NCBI RefSeq assembly: GCF_041886205.1
Contig: NZ_CP169029.1
DNA from: Escherichia coli
Lineage (GTDB): Bacteria > Pseudomonadota > Gammaproteobacteria > Enterobacterales > Enterobacteriaceae
Length of the DNA: 64,000 bases
Direction: 5' to 3' (one strand)
Shown piece by piece: positions 47,554-60,552 of this stretch. The number at the start of each line of letters is the position of its first letter. Position 1 is the first letter of the stretch. The notes below the pieces were generated by a model that did no database searches, had not been told where the DNA came from, and was given only the letters and a program-made list of their open reading frames with translations. A program made the translations under genes and the position numbers.

Positions 47554-48657
47554 ATGAACATAAAGGGTAAAGCGTTACTGGCAGGATGTATCGCGCTGGC
47601 ATTCAGCAATATGGCTCTGGCAGAAGATATTAAAGTCGCGGTCGTGGGCGCAATGTCCGGTCCGGTGGCCCAGTACGGTGACCAGGAGTTTACCGGCGCA
47701 GAGCAGGCGGTTGCGGATATCAACGCTAAAGGCGGCATTAAAGGCAACAAACTGCAAATCGTAAAATATGACGATGCCTGTGACCCGAAACAGGCGGTTG
47801 CGGTGGCGAACAAAGTCGTTAACGACGGCATTAAATACGTGATTGGTCACCTCTGTTCTTCATCAACGCAGCCTGCGTCTGATATCTACGAAGACGAAGG
47901 CATTTTAATGATCACCCCAGCGGCAACCGCGCCGGAGCTGACCGCCCGTAGCTATCAGCTGATCCTGCGCACCACCGGCCTGGACTCCGACCAGGGGCCG
48001 ACGGCGGCGAAATATATTCTTGAGAAAGTGAAACCGCAGCGTATTGCTATCGTTCACGACAAACAGCAATACGGCGAAGGTCTGGCGCGAGCGGTGCAGG
48101 ACGGCCTGAAGAAAGGCAATGCTAACGTGGTGTTCTTTGATGGTATCACCGCCGGGGAAAAAGATTTCTCAACGCTGGTGGCGCGTCTGAAAAAAGAGAA
48201 TATCGACTTCGTTTACTACGGCGGTTATCACCCGGAAATGGGGCAAATCCTGCGTCAGGCACGCGCGGCAGGGCTGAAAACTCAGTTTATGGGGCCGGAA
48301 GGTGTGGCTAACGTTTCGCTGTCTAACATTGCGGGCGAATCAGCGGAAGGGCTGCTGGTGACCAAGCCGAAGAACTACGATCAGGTTCCGGCGAACAAAC
48401 CCATTGTTGACGCGATCAAAGCGAAAAAACAGGACCCAAGCGGCGCATTCGTCTGGACCACCTACGCCGCGCTGCAATCTTTGCAGGCGGGCCTGAATCA
48501 GTCTGACGATCCGGCTGAAATCGCCAAATACCTGAAAGCGAACTCCGTGGATACCGTAATGGGACCGCTGACGTGGGATGAGAAAGGCGATCTGAAAGGC
48601 TTTGAGTTCGGCGTATTTGACTGGCACGCCAACGGCACGGCGACCGATGCGAAGTAA
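47554..48657 (+). CDS. livJ: Leu/Ile/Val periplasmic binding protein
   Basis: Track ORF 386 aa; start [16 protein letters not shown] (signal peptide) gives 367 aa; paralog of livK. Confidence 0.94.
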   Translation: MNIKGKALLAGCIALAFSNMALAEDIKVAVVGAMSGPVAQYGDQEFTGAEQAVADINAKGGIKGNKLQIVKYDDACDPKQAVAVANKVVNDGIKYVIGHLCSSSTQPASDIYEDEGILMITPAATAPELTARSYQLILRTTGLDSDQGPTAAKYILEKVKPQRIAIVHDKQQYGEGLARAVQDGLKKGNANVVFFDGITAGEKDFSTLVARLKKENIDFVYYGGYHPEMGQILRQARAAGLKTQFMGPEGVANVSLSNIAGESAEGLLVTKPKNYDQVPANKPIVDAIKAKKQDPSGAFVWTTYAALQSLQAGLNQSDDPAEIAKYLKANSVDTVMGPLTWDEKGDLKGFEFGVFDWHANGTATDAK

Positions 48658-48712
48658 TCATTAATCGGCAACTTTGGGTTGCCGCCAAATTGCTAATATC
48701 GAGTACGTTGCT

Positions 48713-48822
<110 letters not shown>

Positions 48823-48855
48823 CGTTGGTCATCACTTTTGAAATCAACTTGACGA

Positions 48856-49239
48856 TTAACGCTTCTCCCAGCCGCCCTGTTGCGCCGTAAATCCCAGTGC
48901 CTGCATAAACGCCGTCATCACACCGCGATCTTCCACGCCTGCATCCGCCATCCACCAGCATGAAACGCCAGGATTGTTACGCAAAACCTCTTCCAGCAGA
49001 TATTGCCCCACACCGCGACGTCGGGTGACTTCCCGCACACGCAGGGAATCCAGTGCTCCCTCGGTGCCGCTTAAGGTTACCCGTACGGCAGCGAGCAGGC
49101 GCTCGTTAAAACGCGCGGCGTAGATACGGTGGTTATCGTCAACCTGTAAAGAGGAAGGGGAATACTCCGGCCAGATCTTTTGCAGGTCAATCCGGTCCTG
49201 GTCGCTAAAGTTTTCTAATCGAATGATGGTCAGCTTCAT
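48856..49239 (-). CDS. panM: PanD maturation factor (GNAT fold)
   Basis: 127-aa ORF; recognised PanM/YhhK. Confidence 0.88.
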   Translation of the reverse strand: MKLTIIRLENFSDQDRIDLQKIWPEYSPSSLQVDDNHRIYAARFNERLLAAVRVTLSGTEGALDSLRVREVTRRRGVGQYLLEEVLRNNPGVSCWWMADAGVEDRGVMTAFMQALGFTAQQGGWEKR

Positions 49240-49662
49240 GGGTAACCCGTGTAAATCACAAAAGTGGAACCAGTGTAGCGAAATAATTTAATCGGAGGCT
49301 TTCTCTTTTTTCTTTCTTTTGGCAGGTGATTAATTTTTTAACAGCAATAATTACAAAGTTAAAACATTAGAGAATGAAAAATACCCAGCATAATCCCCTG
49401 AATGGTAGTGAATTATTCCGCCCTTCGTGCCGTTATTTTATGCTGACAAAGGCACTTTTTTCTGTTTATCTATCAATAAATTCAGAATATTATCTGTTCT
49501 TAATCGACTGAAAAATATGGATTTTAATCGCTATTATCACAAAATACTGCGCTAAACCCTTAATCAGACAGGCAAAAACAGTGCAGTATAAAAAAAGAAC
49601 AGTCTGATTTGTTAACACATAAAAACAAAGCAACACAACATCACGAATGGGGATTTTTGACT

Positions 49663-50772
49663 ATGAAACGGAATGCGAAAACTATCATCGCAGGGATGAT
49701 TGCACTGGCAATTTCACACACCGCTATGGCTGACGATATTAAAGTTGCCGTTGTCGGCGCGATGTCCGGCCCGATTGCCCAGTGGGGCGATATGGAATTT
49801 AACGGCGCGCGTCAGGCGATTAAAGACATTAATGCCAAAGGGGGAATTAAAGGCGACAAGCTGGTGGGCGTGGAATATGACGACGCCTGCGACCCGAAAC
49901 AAGCCGTTGCGGTCGCCAACAAAATCGTTAACGACGGCATTAAATACGTTATTGGTCATTTGTGTTCTTCCTCTACCCAACCTGCATCAGATATTTACGA
50001 AGACGAAGGTATTCTGATGATCTCGCCGGGAGCGACCAACCCGGAGCTGACTCAACGCGGTTATCAATACATCATGCGTACTGCCGGGCTGGACTCTTCC
50101 CAGGGGCCAACGGCGGCAAAATACATTCTTGAGACGGTGAAGCCCCAGCGCATCGCCATCATTCACGACAAACAACAGTATGGCGAAGGGCTGGCACGTT
50201 CGGTGCAGGACGGGCTGAAAGCGGCTAACGCCAACGTCGTCTTCTTCGATGGCATTACCGCTGGCGAGAAAGATTTCTCCGCGCTGATCGCCCGCCTGAA
50301 AAAAGAAAACATCGACTTCGTTTACTACGGCGGTTACTACCCGGAAATGGGGCAGATGCTGCGCCAGGCCCGTTCCGTTGGCCTGAAAACCCAGTTTATG
50401 GGGCCGGAAGGTGTGGGTAATGCGTCGTTGTCGAATATTGCCGGTGATGCCGCCGAAGGCATGTTGGTCACTATGCCAAAACGCTATGACCAGGATCCGG
50501 CAAACCAGGGCATCGTTGATGCGCTGAAAGCAGACAAGAAAGATCCGTCCGGGCCTTATGTCTGGATCACCTACGCGGCGGTGCAATCTCTGGCAACTGC
50601 CCTTGAGCGTACCGGCAGCGATGAGCCGCTGGCGCTGGTGAAAGATTTAAAAGCTAACGGTGCAAACACCGTGATTGGGCCGCTGAACTGGGATGAAAAA
50701 GGCGATCTTAAGGGATTTGATTTTGGTGTCTTCCAGTGGCACGCCGACGGTTCATCCACGGCAGCCAAGTGA
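49663..50772 (+). CDS. livK: leucine-specific periplasmic binding protein
   Basis: Track ORF 387 aa; start [11 protein letters not shown] gives 369 aa. Confidence 0.94.
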   Translation: MKRNAKTIIAGMIALAISHTAMADDIKVAVVGAMSGPIAQWGDMEFNGARQAIKDINAKGGIKGDKLVGVEYDDACDPKQAVAVANKIVNDGIKYVIGHLCSSSTQPASDIYEDEGILMISPGATNPELTQRGYQYIMRTAGLDSSQGPTAAKYILETVKPQRIAIIHDKQQYGEGLARSVQDGLKAANANVVFFDGITAGEKDFSALIARLKKENIDFVYYGGYYPEMGQMLRQARSVGLKTQFMGPEGVGNASLSNIAGDAAEGMLVTMPKRYDQDPANQGIVDALKADKKDPSGPYVWITYAAVQSLATALERTGSDEPLALVKDLKANGANTVIGPLNWDEKGDLKGFDFGVFQWHADGSSTAAK

Positions 50773-50819
50773 TCATCCCACCGCCCGTGAAATGCGGGCG
50801 GGTTTAGAAAGGTTATCTT

Positions 50820-51746
50820 ATGTCTGAGCAGTTTTTGTATTTCTTGCAGCAGATGTTTAACGGCGTCACGCTGGGCAGTACCTATGCGCTGATAGCCATC
50901 GGCTACACCATGGTTTACGGCATTATCGGCATGATCAACTTCGCCCACGGCGAGGTTTATATGATTGGCAGCTACGTCTCATTTATGATCATCGCCGCGC
51001 TGATGATGATGGGCATTGATACCGGCTGGCTGCTGGTGGCGGCGGGATTCGTCGGCGCAATCGTCATTGCCAGCGCCTACGGCTGGAGTATCGAACGGGT
51101 GGCCTATCGCCCGGTGCGTAATTCTAAGCGCCTGATTGCGCTCATCTCAGCAATCGGTATGTCCATCTTCCTGCAAAACTACGTCAGCCTGACTGAAGGT
51201 TCGCGCGACGTGGCGCTGCCGAGCCTGTTTAACGGGCAGTGGGTGGTGGGCCATAGCGAAAACTTCTCTGCCTCTATTACCACCATGCAGGCGGTGATCT
51301 GGATTGTCACCTTCCTCGCCATGCTGGCGCTGACGATTTTCATTCGCTATTCCCGCATGGGGCGCGCCTGTCGTGCCTGCGCGGAAGATCTGAAAATGGC
51401 GAGCCTGCTTGGCATCAACACCGACCGGGTGATTGCGCTGACCTTTGTGATTGGCGCAGCGATGGCGGCGGTGGCAGGTGTGCTGCTCGGTCAGTTCTAC
51501 GGCGTCATTAACCCCTACATCGGCTTTATGGCCGGGATGAAAGCCTTTACCGCTGCGGTGCTCGGTGGGATTGGCAGCATTCCGGGAGCGATGATTGGCG
51601 GGCTGATTCTGGGGATTGCGGAGGCGCTCTCTTCTGCCTATCTGAGTACGGAATATAAGGATGTGGTTTCATTTGCCCTGCTGATTCTGGTGCTGCTGGT
51701 GATGCCGACCGGTATTCTGGGTCGCCCGGAGGTAGAGAAAGTATGA
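50820..51746 (+). CDS. livH: branched-chain amino acid ABC transporter permease
   Basis: 308-aa membrane ORF. Confidence 0.95.
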   Translation: MSEQFLYFLQQMFNGVTLGSTYALIAIGYTMVYGIIGMINFAHGEVYMIGSYVSFMIIAALMMMGIDTGWLLVAAGFVGAIVIASAYGWSIERVAYRPVRNSKRLIALISAIGMSIFLQNYVSLTEGSRDVALPSLFNGQWVVGHSENFSASITTMQAVIWIVTFLAMLALTIFIRYSRMGRACRACAEDLKMASLLGINTDRVIALTFVIGAAMAAVAGVLLGQFYGVINPYIGFMAGMKAFTAAVLGGIGSIPGAMIGGLILGIAEALSSAYLSTEYKDVVSFALLILVLLVMPTGILGRPEVEKV

Positions 51747-53020
51747 AACCGATGCATATTGCAATGGCGTTGCTCTCTGCCGCGATGTTTTTTGTCCTGG
51801 CGGGCGTCTTTATGGGCGTACAACTGGAGCTGGATGGCACCAAACTGGTGGTCGACACGGCTTCAGACATCCGTTGGCAGTGGGTGTTTATCGGCACGGC
51901 GGTGGTCTTTTTCTTCCAGCTTTTGCGACCGGCTTTCCAGAAAGGGTTGAAAAGCGTTTCCGGACCGAAGTTTATTCTGCCCGCCATTGATGGCTCCACG
52001 GTGAAGCAGAAACTATTCCTCGTGGCGCTGCTGGTGCTTGCGGTGGCGTGGCCGTTTATGGTGTCGCGTGGGACGGTGGATATCGCCACCCTGACCATGA
52101 TCTACATTATCCTCGGCCTCGGGCTGAACGTGGTTGTTGGTCTTTCTGGTCTGCTGGTGCTGGGGTACGGCGGCTTTTACGCCATCGGCGCTTACACCTT
52201 TGCGCTGCTCAATCACTATTACGGCCTGGGCTTCTGGACCTGTCTGCCGATTGCCGGGTTAATGGCAGCGGCGGCGGGCTTCCTGCTCGGCTTCCCGGTG
52301 CTGCGTCTGCGCGGCGACTATCTGGCGATCGTTACCCTCGGTTTCGGCGAAATTGTGCGCATATTGCTGCTCAATAACACCGAAATTACCGGCGGCCCGA
52401 ACGGAATCAGTCAGATCCCGAAACCGACACTCTTCGGACTCGAGTTCAGCCGTACCGCTCGTGAAGGCGGCTGGGACACGTTCAGTAATTTCTTTGGCCT
52501 GAAATACGATCCCTCCGATCGTGTCATCTTCCTCTACCTGGTGGCGTTGCTGCTGGTGGTGCTAAGCCTGTTTGTCATTAACCGCCTGCTGCGGATGCCG
52601 CTGGGGCGTGCGTGGGAAGCGTTGCGTGAAGACGAGATCGCCTGCCGTTCGCTGGGCTTAAGCCCGCGTCGTATCAAGCTGACTGCCTTTACCATCAGCG
52701 CCGCGTTTGCCGGTTTTGCCGGAACGCTGTTTGCGGCGCGTCAGGGCTTTGTCAGCCCGGAATCCTTCACCTTTGCCGAATCGGCGTTTGTACTGGCGAT
52801 AGTGGTGCTCGGCGGTATGGGATCGCAGTTTGCGGTGATTCTGGCGGCAATTTTGCTGGTGGTATCGCGCGAATTGATGCGTGATTTCAACGAATACAGC
52901 ATGTTAATGCTCGGTGGTTTGATGGTGCTGATGATGATCTGGCGTCCGCAGGGCTTGCTGCCCATGACGCGTCCGCAACTGAAGCTGAAAAACGGCGCAG
53001 CGAAAGGAGAGCAGGCATGA
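51743..53020 (+). CDS. livM: branched-chain amino acid ABC transporter permease
   Basis: 425-aa membrane ORF overlapping livH stop. Confidence 0.95.
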   Translation: MKPMHIAMALLSAAMFFVLAGVFMGVQLELDGTKLVVDTASDIRWQWVFIGTAVVFFFQLLRPAFQKGLKSVSGPKFILPAIDGSTVKQKLFLVALLVLAVAWPFMVSRGTVDIATLTMIYIILGLGLNVVVGLSGLLVLGYGGFYAIGAYTFALLNHYYGLGFWTCLPIAGLMAAAAGFLLGFPVLRLRGDYLAIVTLGFGEIVRILLLNNTEITGGPNGISQIPKPTLFGLEFSRTAREGGWDTFSNFFGLKYDPSDRVIFLYLVALLLVVLSLFVINRLLRMPLGRAWEALREDEIACRSLGLSPRRIKLTAFTISAAFAGFAGTLFAARQGFVSPESFTFAESAFVLAIVVLGGMGSQFAVILAAILLVVSRELMRDFNEYSMLMLGGLMVLMMIWRPQGLLPMTRPQLKLKNGAAKGEQA

Positions 53021-53784
53021 GTCAGCCATTATTATCCGTTAACGGGCTGATGATGCGCTTCGGCGGCCTGCTGGCGGTGAACAACGTCAATCTCGAACTG
53101 TACCCGCAGGAGATCGTCTCGTTAATCGGTCCTAACGGTGCCGGAAAAACCACGGTCTTTAACTGCCTGACCGGATTCTACAAACCCACTGGAGGCACCA
53201 TTTTACTGCGCGATCAGCATCTGGAAGGTTTACCGGGGCAGCAAATTGCCCGCATGGGCGTGGTGCGTACCTTCCAGCATGTGCGTCTGTTCCGTGAAAT
53301 GACGGTGATTGAAAACCTGCTGGTGGCGCAGCATCAGCAACTGAAAACCGGGCTGTTCTCTGGCCTGTTGAAAACGCCATCCTTCCGTCGCGCCCAGAGC
53401 GAAGCGCTCGACCGCGCCGCGACCTGGCTTGAGCGCATTGGTTTGCTGGAACACGCCAACCGTCAGGCGAGTAACCTGGCCTATGGTGACCAGCGCCGTC
53501 TTGAGATTGCCCGCTGCATGGTGACGCAGCCGGAGATTTTAATGCTCGACGAACCTGCGGCAGGTCTTAACCCGAAAGAGACGAAAGAGCTGGATGAGCT
53601 GATTGCCGAACTGCGCAATCATCACAACACCACTATCTTGTTGATTGAACACGATATGAAGCTGGTGATGGGAATTTCGGACCGAATTTACGTGGTCAAT
53701 CAGGGGACGCCACTGGCAAACGGTACGCCGGAGCAGATCCGTAATAACCCGGACGTGATCCGTGCCTATTTAGGTGAGGCATAA
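53017..53784 (+). CDS. livG: branched-chain amino acid ABC transporter ATPase
   Basis: 255-aa ORF; Walker [10 protein letters not shown]. Confidence 0.95.
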   Translation: MSQPLLSVNGLMMRFGGLLAVNNVNLELYPQEIVSLIGPNGAGKTTVFNCLTGFYKPTGGTILLRDQHLEGLPGQQIARMGVVRTFQHVRLFREMTVIENLLVAQHQQLKTGLFSGLLKTPSFRRAQSEALDRAATWLERIGLLEHANRQASNLAYGDQRRLEIARCMVTQPEILMLDEPAAGLNPKETKELDELIAELRNHHNTTILLIEHDMKLVMGISDRIYVVNQGTPLANGTPEQIRNNPDVIRAYLGEA

Positions 53785-53785
53785 G

Positions 53786-54499
53786 ATGGAAAAAGTCATG
53801 TTGTCCTTTGACAAAGTCAGCGCCCACTACGGCAAAATCCAGGCGCTGCATGAGGTGAGCCTGCATATCAATCAGGGCGAGATTGTTACCCTGATTGGCG
53901 CGAACGGGGCGGGGAAAACCACCTTGCTCGGCACATTATGCGGCGATCCGCGCGCCACCAGCGGGCGAATTGTGTTTGATGATAAAGACATTACCGACTG
54001 GCAGACGGCGAAAATCATGCGCGAAGCGGTAGCGATTGTCCCGGAAGGGCGTCGTGTTTTCTCGCGGATGACGGTGGAAGAGAACCTGGCGATGGGCGGT
54101 TTCTTTGCCGAACGTGACCAGTTTCAGGAGCGCATAAAGTGGGTGTATGAGCTGTTTCCACGTCTTCATGAGCGTCGTGTTCAGCGGGCGGGCACCATGT
54201 CCGGCGGTGAACAGCAGATGCTGGCGATTGGTCGCGCGCTGATGAGCAACCCGCGTTTGTTGTTGCTTGATGAGCCATCGCTCGGTCTTGCGCCGATTAT
54301 CATCCAGCAAATTTTCGACACCATCGAGCAGCTGCGCGAGCAGGGGATGACTATCTTCCTCGTCGAGCAGAACGCCAACCAGGCGCTAAAGCTGGCGGAT
54401 CGCGGCTACGTGCTGGAAAACGGCCATGTGGTGCTCTCCGATACCGGCGACGCGCTGCTGGCGAACGAAACGGTGAGAAGTGCGTATTTAGGCGGGTGA
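53786..54499 (+). CDS. livF: branched-chain amino acid ABC transporter ATPase
   Basis: Track ORF 241 aa; start MEKVMLSF gives 237 aa; Walker A GANGAGKTT. Confidence 0.94.
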   Translation: MEKVMLSFDKVSAHYGKIQALHEVSLHINQGEIVTLIGANGAGKTTLLGTLCGDPRATSGRIVFDDKDITDWQTAKIMREAVAIVPEGRRVFSRMTVEENLAMGGFFAERDQFQERIKWVYELFPRLHERRVQRAGTMSGGEQQMLAIGRALMSNPRLLLLDEPSLGLAPIIIQQIFDTIEQLREQGMTIFLVEQNANQALKLADRGYVLENGHVVLSDTGDALLANETVRSAYLGG

Positions 54500-54508
54500 T
54501 TTATCAAT

Positions 54509-54541
54509 AACCCGGCAGCTAAGTTCTGCCGGGTTATTTGT
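54509..54541 (+). terminator. rho-independent terminator of liv operon
   Basis: Hairpin aacccggcag...ctgccgggtt followed by atttgt. Confidence 0.5.
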
Positions 54542-54617
54542 CCGTATACAGACTTGTTTCAACTGACCGGGAGGATTAAAAACTGTCCACTTATTTGCCA
54601 TGGAAAGGTTCCCTCAC

Positions 54618-55364
54618 ATGCATTATGCCGTTGTTGTCATGCTTGAACTGCTGTGCTGTATTCACGCTTATCGCTCCGGACAAGAGCGATACTGGATTTT
54701 TATCATCTTCTGTTTTCCAGTGATTGGCTGCGTGGCGTATTTCGTCATGGTGATGCTGCCTGAAACGGGCGCTGACCGTCACGGGCGCACCTTTCTGATG
54801 CGCCTGCAGGACAAAATCAACCCGGAACGCCACCTGCGTAAATTAACCGAAGAGCTGGCGATTGCCGAGACCAATCAAAACCATTATGCGTTAGCTAACG
54901 AACTGGCGCGCCTTGGGCGTTATCACGAAGCCGTTCCCCATTATCAGCAGGCGTTAAGCGGAATTTTCGCCCATGAAGCGGCAATGATGTTAAGTCTGGC
55001 GCAGGCGCAGTTTGCTATTCAGGAGTTTGCCGCCTGTCAGCAGACGCTGGAAGATGTGATGCGTTATAACCCTGATTTTCAGTCGGCAGACGGGCATTTG
55101 TTATTTGCCAGAGCGTTAGCCGCACAAGAAAAATACGCTGATGCGGAAAGCGAGTTTGAAGTATTGATTTCTTATTACCCCGGCCCGCAGGCGCGTATTT
55201 ACTATGCTGAAATGCTGGCAAAAATTAATCGACTGCGTGAAGCCAACGAGCAATATGTTGTCGTGGTTGATACGGCTAAACGTTCAAGGCCACATTATAG
55301 AAAACACCACCGGGAATGGATTAAGACCGCCAATGAACGGCTGAAGCAGAGTATTGTTCAGTAA
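54618..55364 (+). CDS. hypothetical membrane-anchored protein: N-terminal 2-TM (PLD-nuclease N-terminal-like) segment plus TPR-like helical repeats
   Basis: Track ORF 254 aa (54600); alternative start MHYAVVV at 54618; hydrophobic helices LELLCCIHAYRSGQERYWIFIIFCFPVIGCVAYFV; no gene recalled at this position in K-12. Confidence 0.7.
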   Translation: MHYAVVVMLELLCCIHAYRSGQERYWIFIIFCFPVIGCVAYFVMVMLPETGADRHGRTFLMRLQDKINPERHLRKLTEELAIAETNQNHYALANELARLGRYHEAVPHYQQALSGIFAHEAAMMLSLAQAQFAIQEFAACQQTLEDVMRYNPDFQSADGHLLFARALAAQEKYADAESEFEVLISYYPGPQARIYYAEMLAKINRLREANEQYVVVVDTAKRSRPHYRKHHREWIKTANERLKQSIVQ

Positions 55365-55454
55365 GTGCTGCGCCAGATAATCTCTGGCGCGTTAATTTTC
55401 CCCAACGTAGCATTATCCGTGCCCCATCTCCCATTTTCCCTCACCCGTACCGTC

Positions 55455-55535
55455 ACCGCCTTGTCATCTTTCTGACACCTTACTATCTTACAAATGTAAC
55501 AAAAAAGTTATTTTCATGTAATTCGAGCATGTCAT
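55455..55535 (+). promoter_or_regulatory. ugpB promoter region with Pho-box-like repeats
   Basis: ttgtcatctttctgacac and further TGTCA/CATG-containing repeats 60-140 bp upstream of ugpB; ugp is a Pho regulon operon. Confidence 0.4.
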
Positions 55536-55596
55536 GTTACCCCGCGAGCATAAAACGCGTGAATTCGCGCATTCGGTACAACAAGAGAGATAAACG

Positions 55597-56913
55597 ATGA
55601 AACCGTTACATTATACAGCTTCAGCACTGGCGCTCGGACTGGCGTTAATGGGGAATGCACAGGCAGTGACGACCATTCCGTTCTGGCATTCTATGGAAGG
55701 GGAACTGGGTAAAGAGGTGGATTCTCTGGCCCAACGTTTTAACGCCGAAAACCCGGATTACAAAATTGTACCGACCTATAAAGGCAACTACGAACAGAAT
55801 TTAAGCGCGGGGATTGCCGCATTTCGTACCGGCAACGCGCCGGCTATTTTGCAGGTTTATGAAGTTGGCACCGCCACCATGATGGCATCGAAAGCCATTA
55901 AACCGGTATATGACGTGTTTAAAGAGGCGGGGATTCAATTCGATGAGTCGCAGTTTGTGCCGACGGTTTCAGGTTACTACTCCGACAGCAAAACGGGCCA
56001 CTTACTCTCCCAGCCGTTCAACAGCTCGACCCCCGTTCTCTATTACAACAAAGACGCCTTCAAGAAAGCGGGATTAGACCCGGAACAGCCACCGAAAACC
56101 TGGCAGGATCTGGCGGACTATTCTGCAAAACTAAAAGCCTCCGGTATGAAGTGCGGCTACGCCAGTGGCTGGCAGGGCTGGATCCAACTGGAAAACTTTA
56201 GCGCCTGGAACGGTCTGCCGTTTGCCAGCAAAAACAACGGCTTTGACGGCACAGACGCGGTGCTGGAGTTCAACAAGCCGGAGCAGGTGAAACACATCGC
56301 CATGCTCGAAGAGATGAACAAGAAGGGCGACTTCAGCTACGTCGGGCGTAAGGATGAATCCACCGAGAAGTTCTATAACGGTGATTGTGCGATGACCACC
56401 GCCTCTTCCGGTTCTCTTGCCAACATTCGTGAGTACGCCAAATTTAACTACGGCGTAGGCATGATGCCTTACGACTCTGACGCGAAAGATGCGCCACAAA
56501 ACGCCATTATCGGCGGAGCCAGCCTGTGGGTGATGCAGGACAAAGATAAAGAAACGTATACCGGCGTGGCGAAGTTCCTCGACTTCCTCGCGAAGCCAGA
56601 AAACGCTGCCGAGTGGCATCAGAAAACCGGTTATCTGCCAATTACCAAAGCGGCGTATGACCTGACCCGTGAGCAGGGCTTTTATGAGAAAAACCCAGGT
56701 GCGGATACCGCGACGCGTCAGATGCTGAATAAGCCGCCGTTACCGTTCACCAAAGGGCTGCGTCTGGGCAACATGCCGCAGATCCGCGTGATTGTGGATG
56801 AAGAGCTGGAGAGCGTGTGGACCGGTAAGAAGACACCACAGCAGGCACTGGATACCGCCGTTGAGCGTGGAAATCAGTTGCTGCGCCGCTTTGAGAAATC
56901 GACGAAGTCTTAA
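55597..56913 (+). CDS. ugpB: sn-glycerol-3-phosphate periplasmic binding protein
   Basis: 438-aa ORF with signal peptide. Confidence 0.96.
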   Translation: MKPLHYTASALALGLALMGNAQAVTTIPFWHSMEGELGKEVDSLAQRFNAENPDYKIVPTYKGNYEQNLSAGIAAFRTGNAPAILQVYEVGTATMMASKAIKPVYDVFKEAGIQFDESQFVPTVSGYYSDSKTGHLLSQPFNSSTPVLYYNKDAFKKAGLDPEQPPKTWQDLADYSAKLKASGMKCGYASGWQGWIQLENFSAWNGLPFASKNNGFDGTDAVLEFNKPEQVKHIAMLEEMNKKGDFSYVGRKDESTEKFYNGDCAMTTASSGSLANIREYAKFNYGVGMMPYDSDAKDAPQNAIIGGASLWVMQDKDKETYTGVAKFLDFLAKPENAAEWHQKTGYLPITKAAYDLTREQGFYEKNPGADTATRQMLNKPPLPFTKGLRLGNMPQIRVIVDEELESVWTGKKTPQQALDTAVERGNQLLRRFEKSTKS

Positions 56914-56921
56914 TCAGTGTA

Positions 56922-56990
56922 ATGTCGGATGCGTTTCGCTTATCTGACCTGGCATCGCGTGTAGGCCGGATAAGCGAAGCGCATCCGGCA
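56922..56990. repeat. REP element between ugpB and ugpA
   Basis: gtcggatgcgtttcgcttatctgacc...gtaggccggataagcgaagcgcatccggca. Confidence 0.6.
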
Positions 56991-57010
56991 CAGTTCAGGA
57001 ATTAACCGTA

Positions 57011-57898
57011 ATGTCATCATCCCGTCCGGTGTTCCGCTCGCGCTGGCTGCCTTATCTGCTGGTCGCGCCGCAGCTCATCATCACCGTTATCTTTTTTATC
57101 TGGCCTGCGGGCGAAGCGTTGTGGTACTCGCTACAAAGCGTCGATCCGTTTGGTTTCTCCAGCCAGTTTGTCGGCCTGGATAACTTCGTCGCGCTGTTTC
57201 ATGACAGCTACTATCTCGACTCCTTCTGGACGACGATAAAATTCAGCACCTTTGTCACCGTCAGCGGTTTGCTGGTGTCGCTGTTCTTCGCGGCGCTGGT
57301 GGAGTACATCGTGCGCGGCAGCCGTTTCTATCAAACCTTAATGCTGCTGCCTTACGCCGTGGCTCCCGCCGTTGCCGCCGTATTGTGGATCTTCCTGTTT
57401 AACCCCGGTCGCGGGCTGATCACCCATTTTCTCGCGGAGTTCGGCTACGACTGGAACCACGCGCAAAACAGCGGTCAGGCAATGTTTCTGGTGGTGTTTG
57501 CCTCAGTATGGAAGCAAATCAGCTACAACTTCCTGTTCTTCTATGCCGCGCTGCAATCCATTCCCCGTTCGTTGATCGAAGCCGCAGCCATCGACGGTGC
57601 AGGCCCAATTCGCCGCTTCTTTAAGATTGCGCTGCCGCTTATCGCTCCGGTGAGTTTCTTCCTGCTGGTGGTGAACCTGGTGTATGCCTTCTTCGACACC
57701 TTCCCGGTGATCGACGCCGCCACGTCCGGCGGGCCGGTTCAGGCCACCACGACGCTGATTTATAAGATCTACCGTGAAGGCTTTACCGGACTGGATCTGG
57801 CTTCGTCTGCCGCGCAGTCGGTGGTGTTGATGTTCCTCGTCATCGTGCTGACGGTGGTGCAGTTCCGCTATGTTGAAAGCAAGGTGCGTTACCAATGA
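57011..57898 (+). CDS. ugpA: sn-glycerol-3-phosphate ABC transporter permease
   Basis: 295-aa membrane ORF. Confidence 0.95.
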
Positions 57899-58740
57899 TT
57901 GAAAACCGTCCGTGGCTGACAATATTCAGCCATACCATGCTGATCCTCGGGATCGCGGTGATCCTCTTCCCGCTGTACGTGGCGTTTGTCGCGGCGACGC
58001 TGGATAAACAAGCCGTCTACGCCGCGCCGATGACGCTAATCCCCGGCACGCATCTGCTGGAAAACATCCACAACATCTGGGTAAACGGGGTAGGCACGAA
58101 TAGCGCGCCGTTCTGGCGGATGTTGCTTAACAGCTTTGTGATGGCGTTCAGCATTACGCTCGGCAAAATTACCGTCTCGATGCTCTCGGCATTTGCCATT
58201 GTCTGGTTTCGTTTTCCGCTACGTAACCTCTTCTTCTGGATGATTTTTATCACCCTGATGCTGCCGGTTGAAGTACGTATCTTCCCGACGGTGGAAGTCA
58301 TCGCCAACCTGAAGATGCTCGACAGCTACGCCGGTTTAACGCTGCCGCTGATGGCCTCGGCGACCGCCACGTTTCTGTTTCGCCAGTTCTTTATGACGCT
58401 GCCGGATGAACTGGTGGAAGCGGCGCGGATCGACGGCGCATCGCCAATGCGCTTCTTTTGCGACATCGTTTTTCCGCTCTCCAAAACTAATCTGGCGGCG
58501 CTGTTTGTGATCACCTTTATTTACGGCTGGAACCAGTATTTGTGGCCGTTGTTGATTATTACCGACGTGGATCTCGGCACCACCGTGGCAGGGATCAAAG
58601 GGATGATCGCCACTGGCGAAGGCACCACGGAATGGAACTCAGTGATGGCGGCGATGTTGTTAACCCTGATCCCACCAGTAGTGATTGTTTTAGTGATGCA
58701 GCGTGCCTTCGTGCGCGGCCTGGTCGATAGTGAGAAATAA
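57895..58740 (+). CDS. ugpE: sn-glycerol-3-phosphate ABC transporter permease
   Basis: 281-aa membrane ORF overlapping ugpA stop. Confidence 0.95.
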
Positions 58741-58741
58741 G

Positions 58742-59812
58742 ATGGCAGGACTGAAATTACAGGCAGTAACCAAAAGCTGGGATGGCAAAACCCAGGTCAT
58801 TAAACCGCTGACCCTTGATGTGGCTGATGGCGAATTTATCGTGATGGTCGGGCCGTCTGGCTGCGGGAAATCGACGCTGCTGCGTATGGTTGCCGGGCTG
58901 GAGCGGGTGACCGAAGGCGATATCTGGATCAACGACCAGCGCGTGACCGAAATGGAGCCGAAAGATCGCGGGATTGCGATGGTGTTCCAGAACTACGCGC
59001 TTTATCCGCATATGAGTGTCGAAGAAAACATGGCGTGGGGGCTGAAAATTCGCGGCATGGGCAAGCAGCAAATTGCCGAGCGCGTTAAAGAAGCGGCGCG
59101 CATTCTGGAGCTGGACGGTCTGCTCAAACGTCGCCCGCGCGAGCTTTCCGGCGGTCAGCGCCAGCGTGTGGCGATGGGCCGCGCGATTGTGCGCGATCCG
59201 GCGGTGTTCCTGTTTGATGAGCCGCTCTCTAACCTCGATGCCAAGCTGCGCGTGCAGATGCGTCTTGAACTGCAACAGTTGCACCGTCGCCTGAAAACGA
59301 CTTCACTCTACGTTACTCACGATCAGGTTGAAGCGATGACGCTCGCCCAGCGAGTAATGGTGATGAACGGCGGCGTTGCCGAACAGATTGGCACACCAGT
59401 TGAAGTCTACGAAAAGCCCGCCAGCCTGTTTGTAGCGAGTTTTATCGGCAGTCCGGCGATGAACCTGCTGACAGGCCGCGTGAATAACGAAGGCACGCAT
59501 TTCGAACTGGACGGCGGTATTGAGCTGCCGCTAAACGGTGGCTACCGTCAGTATGCCGGGCGTAAAATGACTCTCGGCATTCGCCCGGAACATATTGCGC
59601 TAAGCTCGCAGGCAGAAGGCGGCGTACCGCTGGTGATGGACACGCTGGAGATCCTCGGCGCAGATAACCTGGCGCACGGACGCTGGGGCGAGCAGAAGCT
59701 GGTGGTGCGACTGGCGCATCAGGAGCGCCCGACGGCAGGCAGCACGCTGTGGCTGCATCTGGCGGAAAATCAGCTGCATCTTTTTGATGGTGAAACAGGA
59801 CAACGAGTATGA
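58742..59812 (+). CDS. ugpC: sn-glycerol-3-phosphate ABC transporter ATPase
   Basis: Track ORF 369 aa; start MAGLKLQAV gives 356 aa; Walker [10 protein letters not shown]. Confidence 0.95.
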   Translation: MAGLKLQAVTKSWDGKTQVIKPLTLDVADGEFIVMVGPSGCGKSTLLRMVAGLERVTEGDIWINDQRVTEMEPKDRGIAMVFQNYALYPHMSVEENMAWGLKIRGMGKQQIAERVKEAARILELDGLLKRRPRELSGGQRQRVAMGRAIVRDPAVFLFDEPLSNLDAKLRVQMRLELQQLHRRLKTTSLYVTHDQVEAMTLAQRVMVMNGGVAEQIGTPVEVYEKPASLFVASFIGSPAMNLLTGRVNNEGTHFELDGGIELPLNGGYRQYAGRKMTLGIRPEHIALSSQAEGGVPLVMDTLEILGADNLAHGRWGEQKLVVRLAHQERPTAGSTLWLHLAENQLHLFDGETGQRV

Positions 59813-60552
59813 GTAACTGGCCTTATCCCCGCATCGTCGCTCATCGTGGCGGCGGTAAGCTGGCCCCGGAAAACACCCTGGCGGCAATCGACGTCGGGGC
59901 AAAATACGGTCATAAGATGATCGAATTTGACGCGAAGTTATCGAAAGATGGCGAGATCTTCCTGCTCCATGACGACAATCTCGAACGCACCAGCAACGGC
60001 TGGGGCGTCGCGGGTGAACTGAACTGGCAGGATTTACTGCGCGTGGATGCGGGCAGTTGGTACAGCAAAGCGTTTAAAGGTGAGCCGCTGCCGTTGCTTT
60101 CGCAGGTGGCGGAACGCTGTCGTGAACACGGGATGATGGCGAATATCGAAATCAAACCCACCACTGGCACTGGACCATTAACGGGCAAAATGGTGGCGCT
60201 GGCGGCACGCCAACTGTGGGCCGGTATGACGCCGCCGCTGCTGTCATCGTTTGAGATTGATGCTTTAGAAGCCGCACAACAGGCAGTACCGGAACTGCCG
60301 CGCGGTTTGTTGCTGGATGAGTGGCGCGACGACTGGCGCGAACTGACCGCGCGGCTGGGCTGCGTCTCTATTCATCTCAATCATAAGTTACTCGATAAAG
60401 TGCGAGTGATGCAGTTGAAAGACGCCGGACTGCGGATTCTGGTTTATACCGTCAATAAACCCCAGCGCGCGGCAGAGTTGCTGCGCTGGGGCGTGGATTG
60501 CATCTGTACCGATGCGATTGACGTGATTGGTCCGAACTTTACGGCCCAATAG
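59809..60552 (+). CDS. ugpQ: glycerophosphodiester phosphodiesterase (cytoplasmic)
   Basis: 247-aa ORF; GDPD motif region HRGGG...ENT. Confidence 0.95.

Noticed and set aside
49987-50586. 199-aa ORF on minus strand
   Set aside because: Antisense within livK; shadow ORF
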